Shown here: piece by piece, positions 45,044 to 53,744 of the stretch
Numbering within the stretch: position 1 is the stretch's first letter
Layout: every line of letters starts with the position of its first letter
Assembly: GCA_047601445.1 (NCBI GenBank)
Contig: JASGJH010000001.1
Coordinates: forward strand, 6,464,001 to 6,528,000
Direction: 5' to 3'
DNA: 64,000 nucleotides
Origin: Myxococcales bacterium
Lineage (GTDB): Bacteria > Myxococcota_A > Polyangia > Polyangiales > DASUME01
Translations under genes and position numbers: made by a program
Notes under the pieces: model-generated
What the model saw: the letters and a program-made list of their open reading frames with translations, nothing else
What the model was told of the DNA's origin: nothing
The model's database searches: none

Positions 45044-45931
45044 TCAGGGAATTCCGCGCCACTTTGCGGCGTCGCGCACGAACAGTTCGGTGAGGAAGTC
45101 CATGCAGGCTCGCACACGGGCGACGCGCGTGAGGTCGGGATGCACTACCAGCAAGATGTCTCGCGCCCCCACCAGCTCGGGCACCAAGCGCACCAGGGAG
45201 TCGTCGCGATCGGCGGTGAAGCACGGCAGCGCCACGACGCCAAAGCCGTAGCTGCCCGCTGACTGCGCGGCCGCGATGCTGTTGGCTCTCAGCACCACGT
45301 TCGCCCCGCGTCCATGTCGCTGCAACCACTGAGCGCCGATGATGCTGGTCAGGCTCGTGTCGAAGCCGATCACGTCATGGCCCACCACGTCGGAGTGACT
45401 CGTCACCGGTCCCTTGCGCTCCAGGTACTTGGCCGAGGCGTAGAGTGACCAGCCCGCTTCCCCGAAGCGCTTCACCACGAGCTCCGGGTCCGTCACGTCG
45501 CGAAAGCGCACCGCGAGGTCCGCCTCGCCGCGTCGCAGATCGAGCTCGCGATTGTCGCTCAAGAGCTCCACGAGCAACCCCGGATGGAGCTCGCGCAGCA
45601 CGGCCAGCTCCTGCACCATGTAGGAGTCGATGGATTCGGGCACCGTGAGTCGCACGCTGCCTTCGACTCTGGAGTCTCCGCCGCGCACGCGGCGTGCCAC
45701 GGCTTCGGCATGTTCGAGCATGGCTTCGGCGTGGGGCAGGATATCGAGGCCGGCCGGCGTCAGATGGAGCCCTTCGGGCCCCCGCGTGAAGAGCTTCGTG
45801 CCGAGCGCAGTCTCGAGGGCACCGACTCGGCGGCTCACCGTGGTGTGTTCGCAGCCCAGGCTGCGCCCTGCGGCGACCCAGGTTTGAGCCTGAGCGGCGG
45901 CCAGGAAATAGCGGAGATCATTCCAGTCCAC
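45044..45931 (-). CDS. LysR family transcriptional regulator
   Basis: DWNDLRYF..TVSRRVGALETALGTKLF.R..LTPAG HTH; DLRRGEADLAVR; start set at GTG 45931. Confidence 0.92.
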   Translation of the reverse strand: MDWNDLRYFLAAAQAQTWVAAGRSLGCEHTTVSRRVGALETALGTKLFTRGPEGLHLTPAGLDILPHAEAMLEHAEAVARRVRGGDSRVEGSVRLTVPESIDSYMVQELAVLRELHPGLLVELLSDNRELDLRRGEADLAVRFRDVTDPELVVKRFGEAGWSLYASAKYLERKGPVTSHSDVVGHDVIGFDTSLTSIIGAQWLQRHGRGANVVLRANSIAAAQSAGSYGFGVVALPCFTADRDDSLVRLVPELVGARDILLVVHPDLTRVARVRACMDFLTELFVRDAAKWRGIP

Positions 45932-46024
45932 GGCAGGCGTGCAGGCTTGCACAGGGGCTGTGCGCAATCAATCCGCCAGAGTCTGCTCGGGGCTTGCGTA
46001 AGACCGCGCAAAGGACCTCACGCC

Positions 46025-46642
46025 ATGTCTTCACAGAAATCATTCTCTGCCCTCACACTCAGTTGGACCGGCACCGCGCTGCTCACGTGTCTTTCGATCA
46101 CGGCCTGCTCCAGCTCCGACGCTCCCAAGTCGCAGGCCCGGGAGCTCATGCCCAGTCAGCGCGACCGCGTCGCGCGCGGCGAGTATCTGGTCACCACCAG
46201 CGGCTGCCACGACTGTCATTCCCCCAAGGTGATGACCGAGCACGGGCCCGAACCAGATCCCAATCGCCTGATGTCGGGTCACCCGTCGGGCGAGGCACTG
46301 CCGCCGGTGGCGAGCACCGATCCTCGCTGGATCGCCTTCAGCATGGGGCTCACCGCCACGGTGGGCCCGTGGGGAGTCTCCCATGCGGCCAACCTCACGC
46401 CGGATGACACCGGCATCGGGACCTGGAGCTTCGAGCAATTCGAGACCGCGATTCGCCGCGGCAAGTCCAAGGGCCTGGTGGGTGCGCGCGACCTGCTGCC
46501 GCCCATGCCGTGGCCCATGTACAAGCACTTCAACGACGAAGACCTGCGCTCCATCTTCGCCTATTTGAAGTCGCTCAAGCCCGTGAAGAACCTGGTGCCC
46601 GCACCGATCCCGCCGGGGGCGGCGCCGCAGGTCGACGGCTGA
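46025..46642 (+). CDS. c-type cytochrome lipoprotein (single CXXCH)
   Basis: Lipobox ITAC; RGEYLV..GCHDCHSP, GPWG, NLTPD.TGIG.W, PPMPW, SIFAYLKSLKPV; start at ATG 46025. Confidence 0.87.
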   Translation: MSSQKSFSALTLSWTGTALLTCLSITACSSSDAPKSQARELMPSQRDRVARGEYLVTTSGCHDCHSPKVMTEHGPEPDPNRLMSGHPSGEALPPVASTDPRWIAFSMGLTATVGPWGVSHAANLTPDDTGIGTWSFEQFETAIRRGKSKGLVGARDLLPPMPWPMYKHFNDEDLRSIFAYLKSLKPVKNLVPAPIPPGAAPQVDG

Positions 46643-46680
46643 GTGCCCCCGTTCCCTGGCGGAGTTGCCGTTCGCCGGCC

Positions 46681-46779
46681 CCTGTTGTGCCGGCTGCAAC
46701 AGGTGTCGCCGACCACGCGACAGTTGGATGAGATGAAGCCTGGAAATTACGAGGGAATCGGATCGGTCCGAAGCTTGCT
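46681..46779 (+). promoter_or_regulatory. Putative sigma54 promoter with tandem enhancer palindromes upstream of globin
   Basis: TGTTG-N9-CAACA (46683-46701) and TGTCG-N9-CGACA (46704-46722), 21 bp apart; CGGTCCG-AAGC-TTGCT (GG-N10-GC) at 46764-46779. Confidence 0.55.
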
Positions 46780-46829
46780 GTAGGGGCTGGTACGGCTCGC
46801 ACGGGGCCGCCTACTCAAGGAGCACTCCG

Positions 46830-47243
46830 ATGGCACTCCAGGTCGACCTTCTGCGGCAGAGCTTCGAGCTCGTGGTGGAGCGGAACCCCGATCTCACGGT
46901 TCGATTCTATGAAATCCTGTTCGAGCGCTATCCGCAGCTGAAGCCGATGTTCGACCCGAGCCGGCGCGCCCAGCAGGCCAAGATGTTGGCCACCGCCTTG
47001 GGGGCCGTACTCGATCACCTGGAAGACGCCGCCTGGCTCGAAGCCCACCTGTCGGCGCTGGGCACCCGTCACGTGGACTACGGCGTGACCCACCAGATGT
47101 ACGACTGGGTCGGTGACTCGCTCTTGATCACGCTCGCCGAAGTGGCCGGCGGAGACTGGACTCCCCATCTCCAGGAAGCCTGGAGCGAGGCCTATGGCGC
47201 CATCGTGGGCTTGATGCTGCGACCGGCAGCGGCCGCCGAGTAA
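46830..47243 (+). CDS. Single-domain globin (flavohemoglobin-like 3/3 globin without reductase domain)
   Basis: RFYEILFERYP (B10 Tyr), PMF (CD1 Phe), AQQ (E7), LGTRH (F8 His), YGV..Y, AWSEAY; AAGGAG RBS. Confidence 0.92.
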   Translation: MALQVDLLRQSFELVVERNPDLTVRFYEILFERYPQLKPMFDPSRRAQQAKMLATALGAVLDHLEDAAWLEAHLSALGTRHVDYGVTHQMYDWVGDSLLITLAEVAGGDWTPHLQEAWSEAYGAIVGLMLRPAAAAE

Positions 47244-47260
47244 TGCGGTGGAGGAGCGCG

Positions 47261-48766
47261 CTACAACGACGGACGGGAGGAGCGCTTGTTGCCGGTGTTC
47301 ATCCCTCGCTGCATGGCGCTGGAGATCTGTTGGTAGGCACCGGTCCACGCCGCGTTGAGCGCCGGGTTCCAGTGCGCGGAATCGAACTCGGCCAGGCTCT
47401 CGAGCAGCGCCGTGCCCACGTCGTCGAAGTCGGTCGCGCGCACGCCGTAGAGGGCATGTCGACGACCCAGCTCTTCCAGCAGCGGCGTGAGGCGTTCGGG
47501 GCGGTCGAGGTGTTCGAGGGCGAGCTGCAGGGCACCCACGAGCTTGAGCTGTTGTTCTCCCAGGTCGGCCGGGAACAGCCCACGCACGTCGGGACGGGCC
47601 TCGAAGAGGCGCGCGTAGAAGCGGGCCGTCAGTTCCACCGCGCGGGATTCGATGCGGGCGAACGACGCCACCACGAGCTTTTGGCCGCCATCAGGGGCGC
47701 TGGACGGTGCGCGCTGCACCAGCCGCAGCAGCCGCTCGAGGTCCTCCAGGGCGCCGCACAGCTCGATCGCGGTGGGAAAGCGCAAGCTGGGATCGCGCTT
47801 GAGGGAGCGGTCGACGATCTCCGCGAGCATCGCCGGCACCTCCGGGACCAGGCTCGCCAGCGGAGCGGGATCGCGAAACGCGGGATCACGCAGGCCTTCT
47901 CCCGGCCCGATGGTCCCGCGCGGGGGCGAGCCGGTGCACAGCTCGTGCAGCACGAGGCCGAGGCTGTAGACGTCGGAGCGCGCGTCGCCGAGGCCGAGCC
48001 AGACTTCGGGCGCCACGTAGAGCGGCGTGCCGAGGATCATGCCGGGTGCGGTGAGTCCCTCGGCCGCTCCCAAACTCCATTGCTCGTGGGCGCCAAGCTC
48101 TCCGGTTTGCTTCCAGGAATCGGAGATCGGCTGACTGTCCGACGGTTTCAGCGCGCTGTCGGAGTCGGCCGCGCGGGCGGCGGCGCCGAGTGGCAGGGTC
48201 GCGGCAGCGTTGCCTTCGTGCCAGGGCGTGACCGGTTGCCACGAGACCCGCGAGTTAGGGCCGAGCGAGAACTTGGCCAGACCGAAGTCGAGCAGCTTCA
48301 CCACACCGCTGGCATCGACCATGGCATTGGCGGGCTTGATGTCGCGGTGGACCGTGCCCGAGCGATGGACCGCCGAGAGGCCACGCGCCAATCCGAGGGC
48401 GAGATCGAAGACGCGGCGCCAGTGGACCGGTCGCGGGATTTGCTCGAGGCTCTCCCCCTCCACGAACTCGTAGGCGATGTAGGGGCGACCCAGCACGTCA
48501 CCGATGCGATAGATGGCGACCACATTGGGATGCTGCAGGCGCGCGATGGCCTGGGCCTCGACCAGAAAGCGACCGCGCAGGGCCAGGTCCGGCTTACCGG
48601 CGATGAACTTGAGCGCCACGCGCCGGTCGAGCAGCGTGTCGTGTCCGAGGTAGACGTGGCCCATGCCGCCGCGACCGAGCGGCCGGATGACCTTGAACTC
48701 ATCCACCTGTCCGGAGGGGGTCCACTCCTCTGAAGCTGTGCCGAAGCTATCCACGAGTGACGACAA
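47261..48766 (-). CDS. Ser/Thr protein kinase with C-terminal globin domain
   Basis: LGRGGMG, VALK, HRDIKPAN, DFGLAK, GTPLYVAPE, SDVYSLG; C-terminal RFYARLFEARP..LF..QQ..LGRRH..YGV..AWTGAY; start TTG 48766 or GTG 48754 (ORF track 48898). Confidence 0.9.
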   Translation of the reverse strand: MSSLVDSFGTASEEWTPSGQVDEFKVIRPLGRGGMGHVYLGHDTLLDRRVALKFIAGKPDLALRGRFLVEAQAIARLQHPNVVAIYRIGDVLGRPYIAYEFVEGESLEQIPRPVHWRRVFDLALGLARGLSAVHRSGTVHRDIKPANAMVDASGVVKLLDFGLAKFSLGPNSRVSWQPVTPWHEGNAAATLPLGAAARAADSDSALKPSDSQPISDSWKQTGELGAHEQWSLGAAEGLTAPGMILGTPLYVAPEVWLGLGDARSDVYSLGLVLHELCTGSPPRGTIGPGEGLRDPAFRDPAPLASLVPEVPAMLAEIVDRSLKRDPSLRFPTAIELCGALEDLERLLRLVQRAPSSAPDGGQKLVVASFARIESRAVELTARFYARLFEARPDVRGLFPADLGEQQLKLVGALQLALEHLDRPERLTPLLEELGRRHALYGVRATDFDDVGTALLESLAEFDSAHWNPALNAAWTGAYQQISSAMQRGMNTGNKRSSRPSL

Positions 48767-48824
48767 CCGGCCGCATCCTACTTGGATCCCAGGGCCGGGA
48801 GCAAACCGTCTGAGGTGAAAAACC

Positions 48825-50216
48825 CTACTTGAGTCCGGCGCGCCACAGCAGTCGGTAAAATTGTGCGCGATCCAACCCTGCAGCGCGCGCGGCGGCACTC
48901 ACGTTTCCTGCGTGTCGTGCGAGTAGGGCGGTCAGGTAGCGACGCTCGAGCTGGCTGCTCCAGCGCTCCCGGGACTCGCGGTAAGGCAGACTCGGATCGA
49001 TCAGGGCGTCGAGCGAGTCTGACGAATCTGGAGGGGTGGCGTCGAGGTTCGCGGGTACGGCCGTCTGATGCAAGATGCAGCGCTCGAGGTAGTTGCGAAG
49101 TTCGCGCACATTGCCTGGCCAGCGATGACGGGCGAGCTCGCTCAAGAACGCCGGGGAGCGCAGGAACGAAAGCTCAGCACGCTCGGGGTCGTGGCCGAGT
49201 TTGCGCAAGAGATGCGGGACCAATACCGCGAAGTCTTCGCTGCGCTCGCGCAGGGGTGGCAACCTCACCTCCAGCACCGCCAAGCGGAAGAAGAGATCGC
49301 TGCGGAAGCGGCGCGCGTTGACCTCGGCCCGGAGGTCTCGGTGAGTGGCGGCGATGACCCGCACGTCCACTTGCTGCGTGCGGTCGCTGCCCACGGGCTT
49401 GATGGTGTGTCGTTCGAGGACCCGCAGCAGCTTGGGTTGAAGCTCCAGGTCGAGCTCCCCGATCTCGTCCAGCAGCAAGGTGCCGCCGTGCGCCGCCGCG
49501 AAGGCTCCCTGGCGTGTGCCCGTGGCGCCGGTGAAAGCGCCCTTCTCGTGCCCGAATAACTCGCTCTCGAGCAACGCACCGGGGATCGCTCCGCAGTCGA
49601 CTACCACGAAGGGACCATCGCGGCGCGGGCTCTGATCGTGCAGGGCCTCCGCCACGGCTTCCTTGCCCGTGCCCGTCTCTCCCAGCACGAGCACGGTGGA
49701 TTCGCTGGCCCCCACGCGCTCGAGCAGTGCGAACACCTGCCGCATCGCGAGCGAGCTACCGACCATGTCACCGAACACGCTCTGGGTGGAGAGCGGCACC
49801 CGCAGGGAGCCCGGGTCGAGCTCCACGCGCAGGCGGGTCCGGCCCACCTCCACGACCGAGCCAGGCCGAAGCCGCGCGTGCAGCACCGAGACGCCGTCCA
49901 GGCGCGTGCCATTGCGACTCCCCAGATCGCGCACGTGGACTTCATTGCCCACCACGCTGAGCTCGCAATGAAAGCGCGACACCGTGGGGTCTTCGAGGCA
50001 GATGGGGGCACCCTTGGCCGACCCGATGGCGAACTGGGATGCCGGAGCGACGAAGCGCGTGCCCTTTTGGTTTCCGTCGAGCACCACGAGAGCCAGCTGG
50101 CGCACCATGGCGTGGGGACCGTCCGGCGCCTCGAGCATGAGCGTGGACAGGCCCGTAATGGCTTGCTCTGGCGCGTGGGACTCGGGCTCGTCGTCGGCGG
50201 AATTCACGGCGAACAT
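48825..50216 (-). CDS. FHA-domain sigma54-dependent enhancer-binding protein (Fis-type HTH)
   Basis: [66 protein letters not shown]. Confidence 0.95.
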   Translation of the reverse strand: MFAVNSADDEPESHAPEQAITGLSTLMLEAPDGPHAMVRQLALVVLDGNQKGTRFVAPASQFAIGSAKGAPICLEDPTVSRFHCELSVVGNEVHVRDLGSRNGTRLDGVSVLHARLRPGSVVEVGRTRLRVELDPGSLRVPLSTQSVFGDMVGSSLAMRQVFALLERVGASESTVLVLGETGTGKEAVAEALHDQSPRRDGPFVVVDCGAIPGALLESELFGHEKGAFTGATGTRQGAFAAAHGGTLLLDEIGELDLELQPKLLRVLERHTIKPVGSDRTQQVDVRVIAATHRDLRAEVNARRFRSDLFFRLAVLEVRLPPLRERSEDFAVLVPHLLRKLGHDPERAELSFLRSPAFLSELARHRWPGNVRELRNYLERCILHQTAVPANLDATPPDSSDSLDALIDPSLPYRESRERWSSQLERRYLTALLARHAGNVSAAARAAGLDRAQFYRLLWRAGLK

Positions 50217-50379
50217 AGTACTAGAGCGCGCGTGTCCACGCGCAAGCTGGGTTGGCAGGTGAAGGGCGAATTGCGTGCTTGCCGTGCCGAGTTGTTCTGG
50301 TTAACTCAGTTACAGAGCCCGCTGCGGCGCAGCGATCTGCCGGACCCTCGGCAGCCAAGCACTCTTTGTTTTGCGCGGC

Positions 50380-50530
50380 GCGCTCGGGGCGCCCAGCACT
50401 CGTGTCGCGCTCGGAGCGCCCGGCACTCGTCTCTTCGCGTAGTGCGCTCGATATTTCTGCTCGCGCAGTACGCTCGATATTTCTGCTCGCGCAGTACGCT
50501 CGATATTTCTGCTCGCGCAATGCGCTCGAC
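50380..50530. repeat. Short tandem repeats in divergent intergenic region (2 x 27 bp, 3 x 26 bp)
   Basis: CGCTCGATATTTCTGCTCGCGCAGTA at 50445, 50471, 50497; GCGCTCGGRGCGCCCRGCACTCGT twice before it. Confidence 0.9.
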
Positions 50531-50588
50531 CGCGCCGCGCGCCTTCCCTGCCGCCTCTCGCCTTTCAGCCAAATCGACAGGAGAATCC

Positions 50589-51788
50589 ATGCGCTCGAAG
50601 CCTTCCGCGGCCCTGTCCGCGGCGTTGGTCACGTTGTCTTTCGTCTCGCAGGCTTGTTTGCCGGCGCCCGAGCCTGCGGCCTACGAGGAGTGCGTCAAAG
50701 ATCAGCTCCACAAAGGTATCCCCTTGCTCGAAGCCCAACATTTTTGCCGAGCGCACGAGCCGCCTCCGCGGCCTGACCCCTCGAACTGCTTCACGGGCGA
50801 CGCGGTCATCGACGACGCCAGCGACGTGGCCACGTTCGCACCGTTCTCCGAAATCCATGGCGCGCTGCGTGTGTTGTCCGGTGCTCCCAACGTGGTGTCG
50901 TTGCCGAATCTCACGCGTGTGACCGGAGACGTGGAGCTCGTGTACTCCAGCTACCGCCCGGAACCGCCGCCGATGTCGGCTTCCTATCCCGCCATGCGCT
51001 GCGGAGCGATCCGCCAGGTCACGGCCGACGTGCGGGTCTTCCAGCTTCCTCAGCTAACCACCATCGGTGGCGATCTCACGATGGAGCAGGAGAACAGCTT
51101 CTCGGGCATCTCCACGCAACCCATCGAGCTGGGCATGGACCAACTGACCTCACTCGGGGGCAGCCTCAGCATCTCCATCGGACAGTTCGGCGGATCTCCC
51201 TGTGGTCTCACCGGCCTGGGGCAGATCCCCGCAGACCTGACGGTGCGCTTTCTGACTTCGGGCGAGGTCGATGGCAGCATCAGTGGTCTGCTCACCACCC
51301 TCACGCAGGTGGGTGGAACCTTCACCTTCGAGCGATCGCACAACTCCTTTGGCGTGCCGCTCCCTTTGCTCGCTCGGGTAGGTGCGCTGCGTATCCTGAA
51401 GGACGATCCATCCCTCAGCGGCTTTCACTTCCCGAGTCTCACCGATGTCGCCGGATTGGCTGAGCTGTCGGGCACGGGGCCGCTCAGCAACCTCACGGCC
51501 CTCACGCGCGTGGGCTCCCTGTTGGTGCATGACAGTGGCTATCTCTCGCTCGAGGACGTCGGAGGAGCGAGCCTCGAACTCGGCGGCCTCGAGCTGCGGG
51601 ACAACCCCGCGCTGGCTGCCCTCACCACGCCCGCCGGCACGAGCAAGGTCACGCTCGCGGTAAGCGCGCCGCTCACCATCGTGGACAACCCGCTCTTGAG
51701 CGCCGCCGCCATCTGCGCCTTCGTGGACTACGAAGAGGGCCAGAGCTGGAGTGGACCGAGCGACCTCGGCGGCACCGTGTGCCCCTGA
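50589..51788 (+). CDS. Secreted lipoprotein with receptor-L-domain-like leucine-rich repeats
   Basis: Lipobox SQAC; repeated LxxLTxVGGxL units (LPNLTRVTGDV, LPQLTTIGGDL, LTQVGGTF), DNPxL motifs; start at ATG 50589. Confidence 0.7.
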   Translation: MRSKPSAALSAALVTLSFVSQACLPAPEPAAYEECVKDQLHKGIPLLEAQHFCRAHEPPPRPDPSNCFTGDAVIDDASDVATFAPFSEIHGALRVLSGAPNVVSLPNLTRVTGDVELVYSSYRPEPPPMSASYPAMRCGAIRQVTADVRVFQLPQLTTIGGDLTMEQENSFSGISTQPIELGMDQLTSLGGSLSISIGQFGGSPCGLTGLGQIPADLTVRFLTSGEVDGSISGLLTTLTQVGGTFTFERSHNSFGVPLPLLARVGALRILKDDPSLSGFHFPSLTDVAGLAELSGTGPLSNLTALTRVGSLLVHDSGYLSLEDVGGASLELGGLELRDNPALAALTTPAGTSKVTLAVSAPLTIVDNPLLSAAAICAFVDYEEGQSWSGPSDLGGTVCP

Positions 51789-51817
51789 CGGGCGGGGAGG
51801 GCGCGTACCCTCCCCGT
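51787..51817 (-). repeat. Repeat family A, partial copy (hairpin module)
   Basis: Reverse complement ACGGGGAGGGTACGCGCCCTCCCCGCCCGTC, between convergent genes. Confidence 0.75.
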
Positions 51818-52684
51818 TCATTCCATCGGCCGCAGCGGCGTGTCACCGACCGGTGCGTTCTGGGGCACCGGCCCGAGACCCTGGGTCTTGATGCTGGCCT
51901 TGCCCGCTGGCATGGCCTCACGCTGGATCTGCACCTTCTTGTCGCCCTTTTGGACCTTCTCCGCCACGAGCAAGTAGCTGTTGTTGACCTGGATCTTTTG
52001 CCCGTCGACATTGAGGTGGTCGCCCTCGTCGACATCGAAGGCCTTGAGCTGATCGACCGGTCCCAGGTCCACCAGCATGCGCGAGCCGTCGACGTCGATC
52101 ACCGCGAGCTCGTGATCGATGTGTGTCTCCTTGGCGTTCATCTTTTCCTTGTCCACGACCTTGCCGGAGATGTGCTGCCTCTGCGGCTGCTTGGTGGCGC
52201 CCAGTGACGCTGCCTTCACCTGCGCGTTGGCGGGTGCGGGACCGGTGGCCTTGGCCCCCACCTTCACGGTCGCCGGCACGAAGCGCTGCGTACCTTCCAC
52301 GCTGCGCATTTCGCCCATCACTGTGGCAGGTGTGCCCTCCTCAACTTTGGTCGTCTCGCTGGGACCGAGATCCGCGAGCACCACTTGGCCCTGATCCGTT
52401 TCGATCAAGACCACCTTGTTCTCCTTGTCCTTGTTGCGTACTTCCGCTTCCCACACGTCGGAGACGCGGCCGCGCACTTCGATGGAGACCTTGGTCAGCG
52501 CGGGTGGCGGAGCGACCTTCGAGGTGGCGCCCGGCACCGCCGGCGTGCTCGGACTCGGTGTGGCGGGTTGCGTGGGCGCGGTCGGTTGGGGGCTGGGATT
52601 CATCGTGTCTTGCGCCAGCCCGTTCGCCGATACGCCTGCCGTGAGCCCGGCAATCATCAGCGTTCCAGTAAGAAGCTTTCTCAT
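51818..52684 (-). CDS. Secreted protein with two OB-fold-like repeats
   Basis: Signal peptide MRKLLTG..GLA; duplicated G.V....(V/M)L(A/V)DLGP....V.EG....V.G pattern; AGGAGG RBS. Confidence 0.65.
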   Translation of the reverse strand: MRKLLTGTLMIAGLTAGVSANGLAQDTMNPSPQPTAPTQPATPSPSTPAVPGATSKVAPPPALTKVSIEVRGRVSDVWEAEVRNKDKENKVVLIETDQGQVVLADLGPSETTKVEEGTPATVMGEMRSVEGTQRFVPATVKVGAKATGPAPANAQVKAASLGATKQPQRQHISGKVVDKEKMNAKETHIDHELAVIDVDGSRMLVDLGPVDQLKAFDVDEGDHLNVDGQKIQVNNSYLLVAEKVQKGDKKVQIQREAMPAGKASIKTQGLGPVPQNAPVGDTPLRPME

Positions 52685-52745
52685 GGTGTCCTCCTGGCCC
52701 GCGCGTTCCGGACAGCGAGCCCGCAATGCAACGCCCACACGAGGC

Positions 52746-52761
52746 TGCATCCTACGTGCCA
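52746..52761 (-). promoter_or_regulatory. Sigma54 -24/-12 promoter
   Basis: TGGCACG-TAGG-ATGCA on the minus strand, ~60 bp upstream of ATG 52684. Confidence 0.65.
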
Positions 52762-52864
52762 AACGGGGAGCACTGGTCTTCGAGCAGCGTAGGTTGGAAA
52801 GGCGCCAGCTTCAGCGTAACGTCGCTGCCAAGCGCTTCCGGAATGCCCCCATGTCGAGGACTCC

Positions 52865-53725
52865 ATGAACCAGCCAGCTGCTCCAGCTCAACCCGCTCCA
52901 AGCCCTCTCGCTGTGCCCGCGCCGTGGGATCTGGTGGCGGAGGGATACTCCGCCGAGGTCGACTTGATCATGCGACCGGTCTCCCTCGAGGCGCTGCGCC
53001 GCGCGCAAAGTAAGGCGCCCCATGCCATCGGTCCCGACACTTCGGTGGTCGACGTGGCAGCCGGACCGGGCACGCTCACCTTCGAGCTGGCCTCGCGCAC
53101 CAAGCAGGTCGACGCCCTGGACTTTTCCGAGAACATGCTGGCCGAGCTCACGCAGGGGCTCGCACGACGCGCGATCCAGAACGTGCGCGCGGTGCAAGGC
53201 GATGGCATGGCGCTTCCGTACGCCGACGCGAGCTTCGAGGCGGGCTTCTCGATGTTCGGTCTGATGTTCTTTCCGGATCGCGGACGCGGCTTTCGAGAGC
53301 TCCTGCGCGTGCTCAAGCCGGGAGGCATCGCGGTGGTCTCGAGTTGGGGGCCCCTCGACATTTCCCCGGCCATGGACTTGATGTTCGGTGCCCTGCGCGC
53401 AGCGGACCCGAGCATGCCGCCCCCGCAGCGCAACCTGCTCTCCCTGGAGAACGCCGAGCTGTTCGAGCGTGAGTTCAAGCAAGCGGGCTTCCTGGACGTG
53501 AGCGTGGAGCCCTACGAGTACTTCGTGAAGCTCGATAGCGCCGAGGACTACTGGTACCTGATGACCCGCAGCGCTGCCCCTTGCATGCTCATGCGCAAGC
53601 GTCTGGGCGAGGAAGAGTGGGCGCGTCGGAGCGAGGTTGCACAGGCCTATTTGCGGGACGCCTTTCCCAAGGCGCGCGAGCGACTCTCCACCACAGCGTA
53701 CTTGGGCTTTGGGCGCAAGGTGTAG
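52865..53725 (+). CDS. Class I SAM-dependent methyltransferase
   Basis: VVDVAAGPG, ALDFSENML, GDGMALPYADASFE, RVLKPGG. Confidence 0.92.
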   Translation: MNQPAAPAQPAPSPLAVPAPWDLVAEGYSAEVDLIMRPVSLEALRRAQSKAPHAIGPDTSVVDVAAGPGTLTFELASRTKQVDALDFSENMLAELTQGLARRAIQNVRAVQGDGMALPYADASFEAGFSMFGLMFFPDRGRGFRELLRVLKPGGIAVVSSWGPLDISPAMDLMFGALRAADPSMPPPQRNLLSLENAELFEREFKQAGFLDVSVEPYEYFVKLDSAEDYWYLMTRSAAPCMLMRKRLGEEEWARRSEVAQAYLRDAFPKARERLSTTAYLGFGRKV

Positions 53726-53744
53726 GGGCCGTAACCGCAGGAAC

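Noticed and set aside
49638..50588. N-terminal extension of ORF 49638-51788
   Set aside because: Overlaps the EBP antisense and the tandem repeats; the signal peptide starts at ATG 50589.
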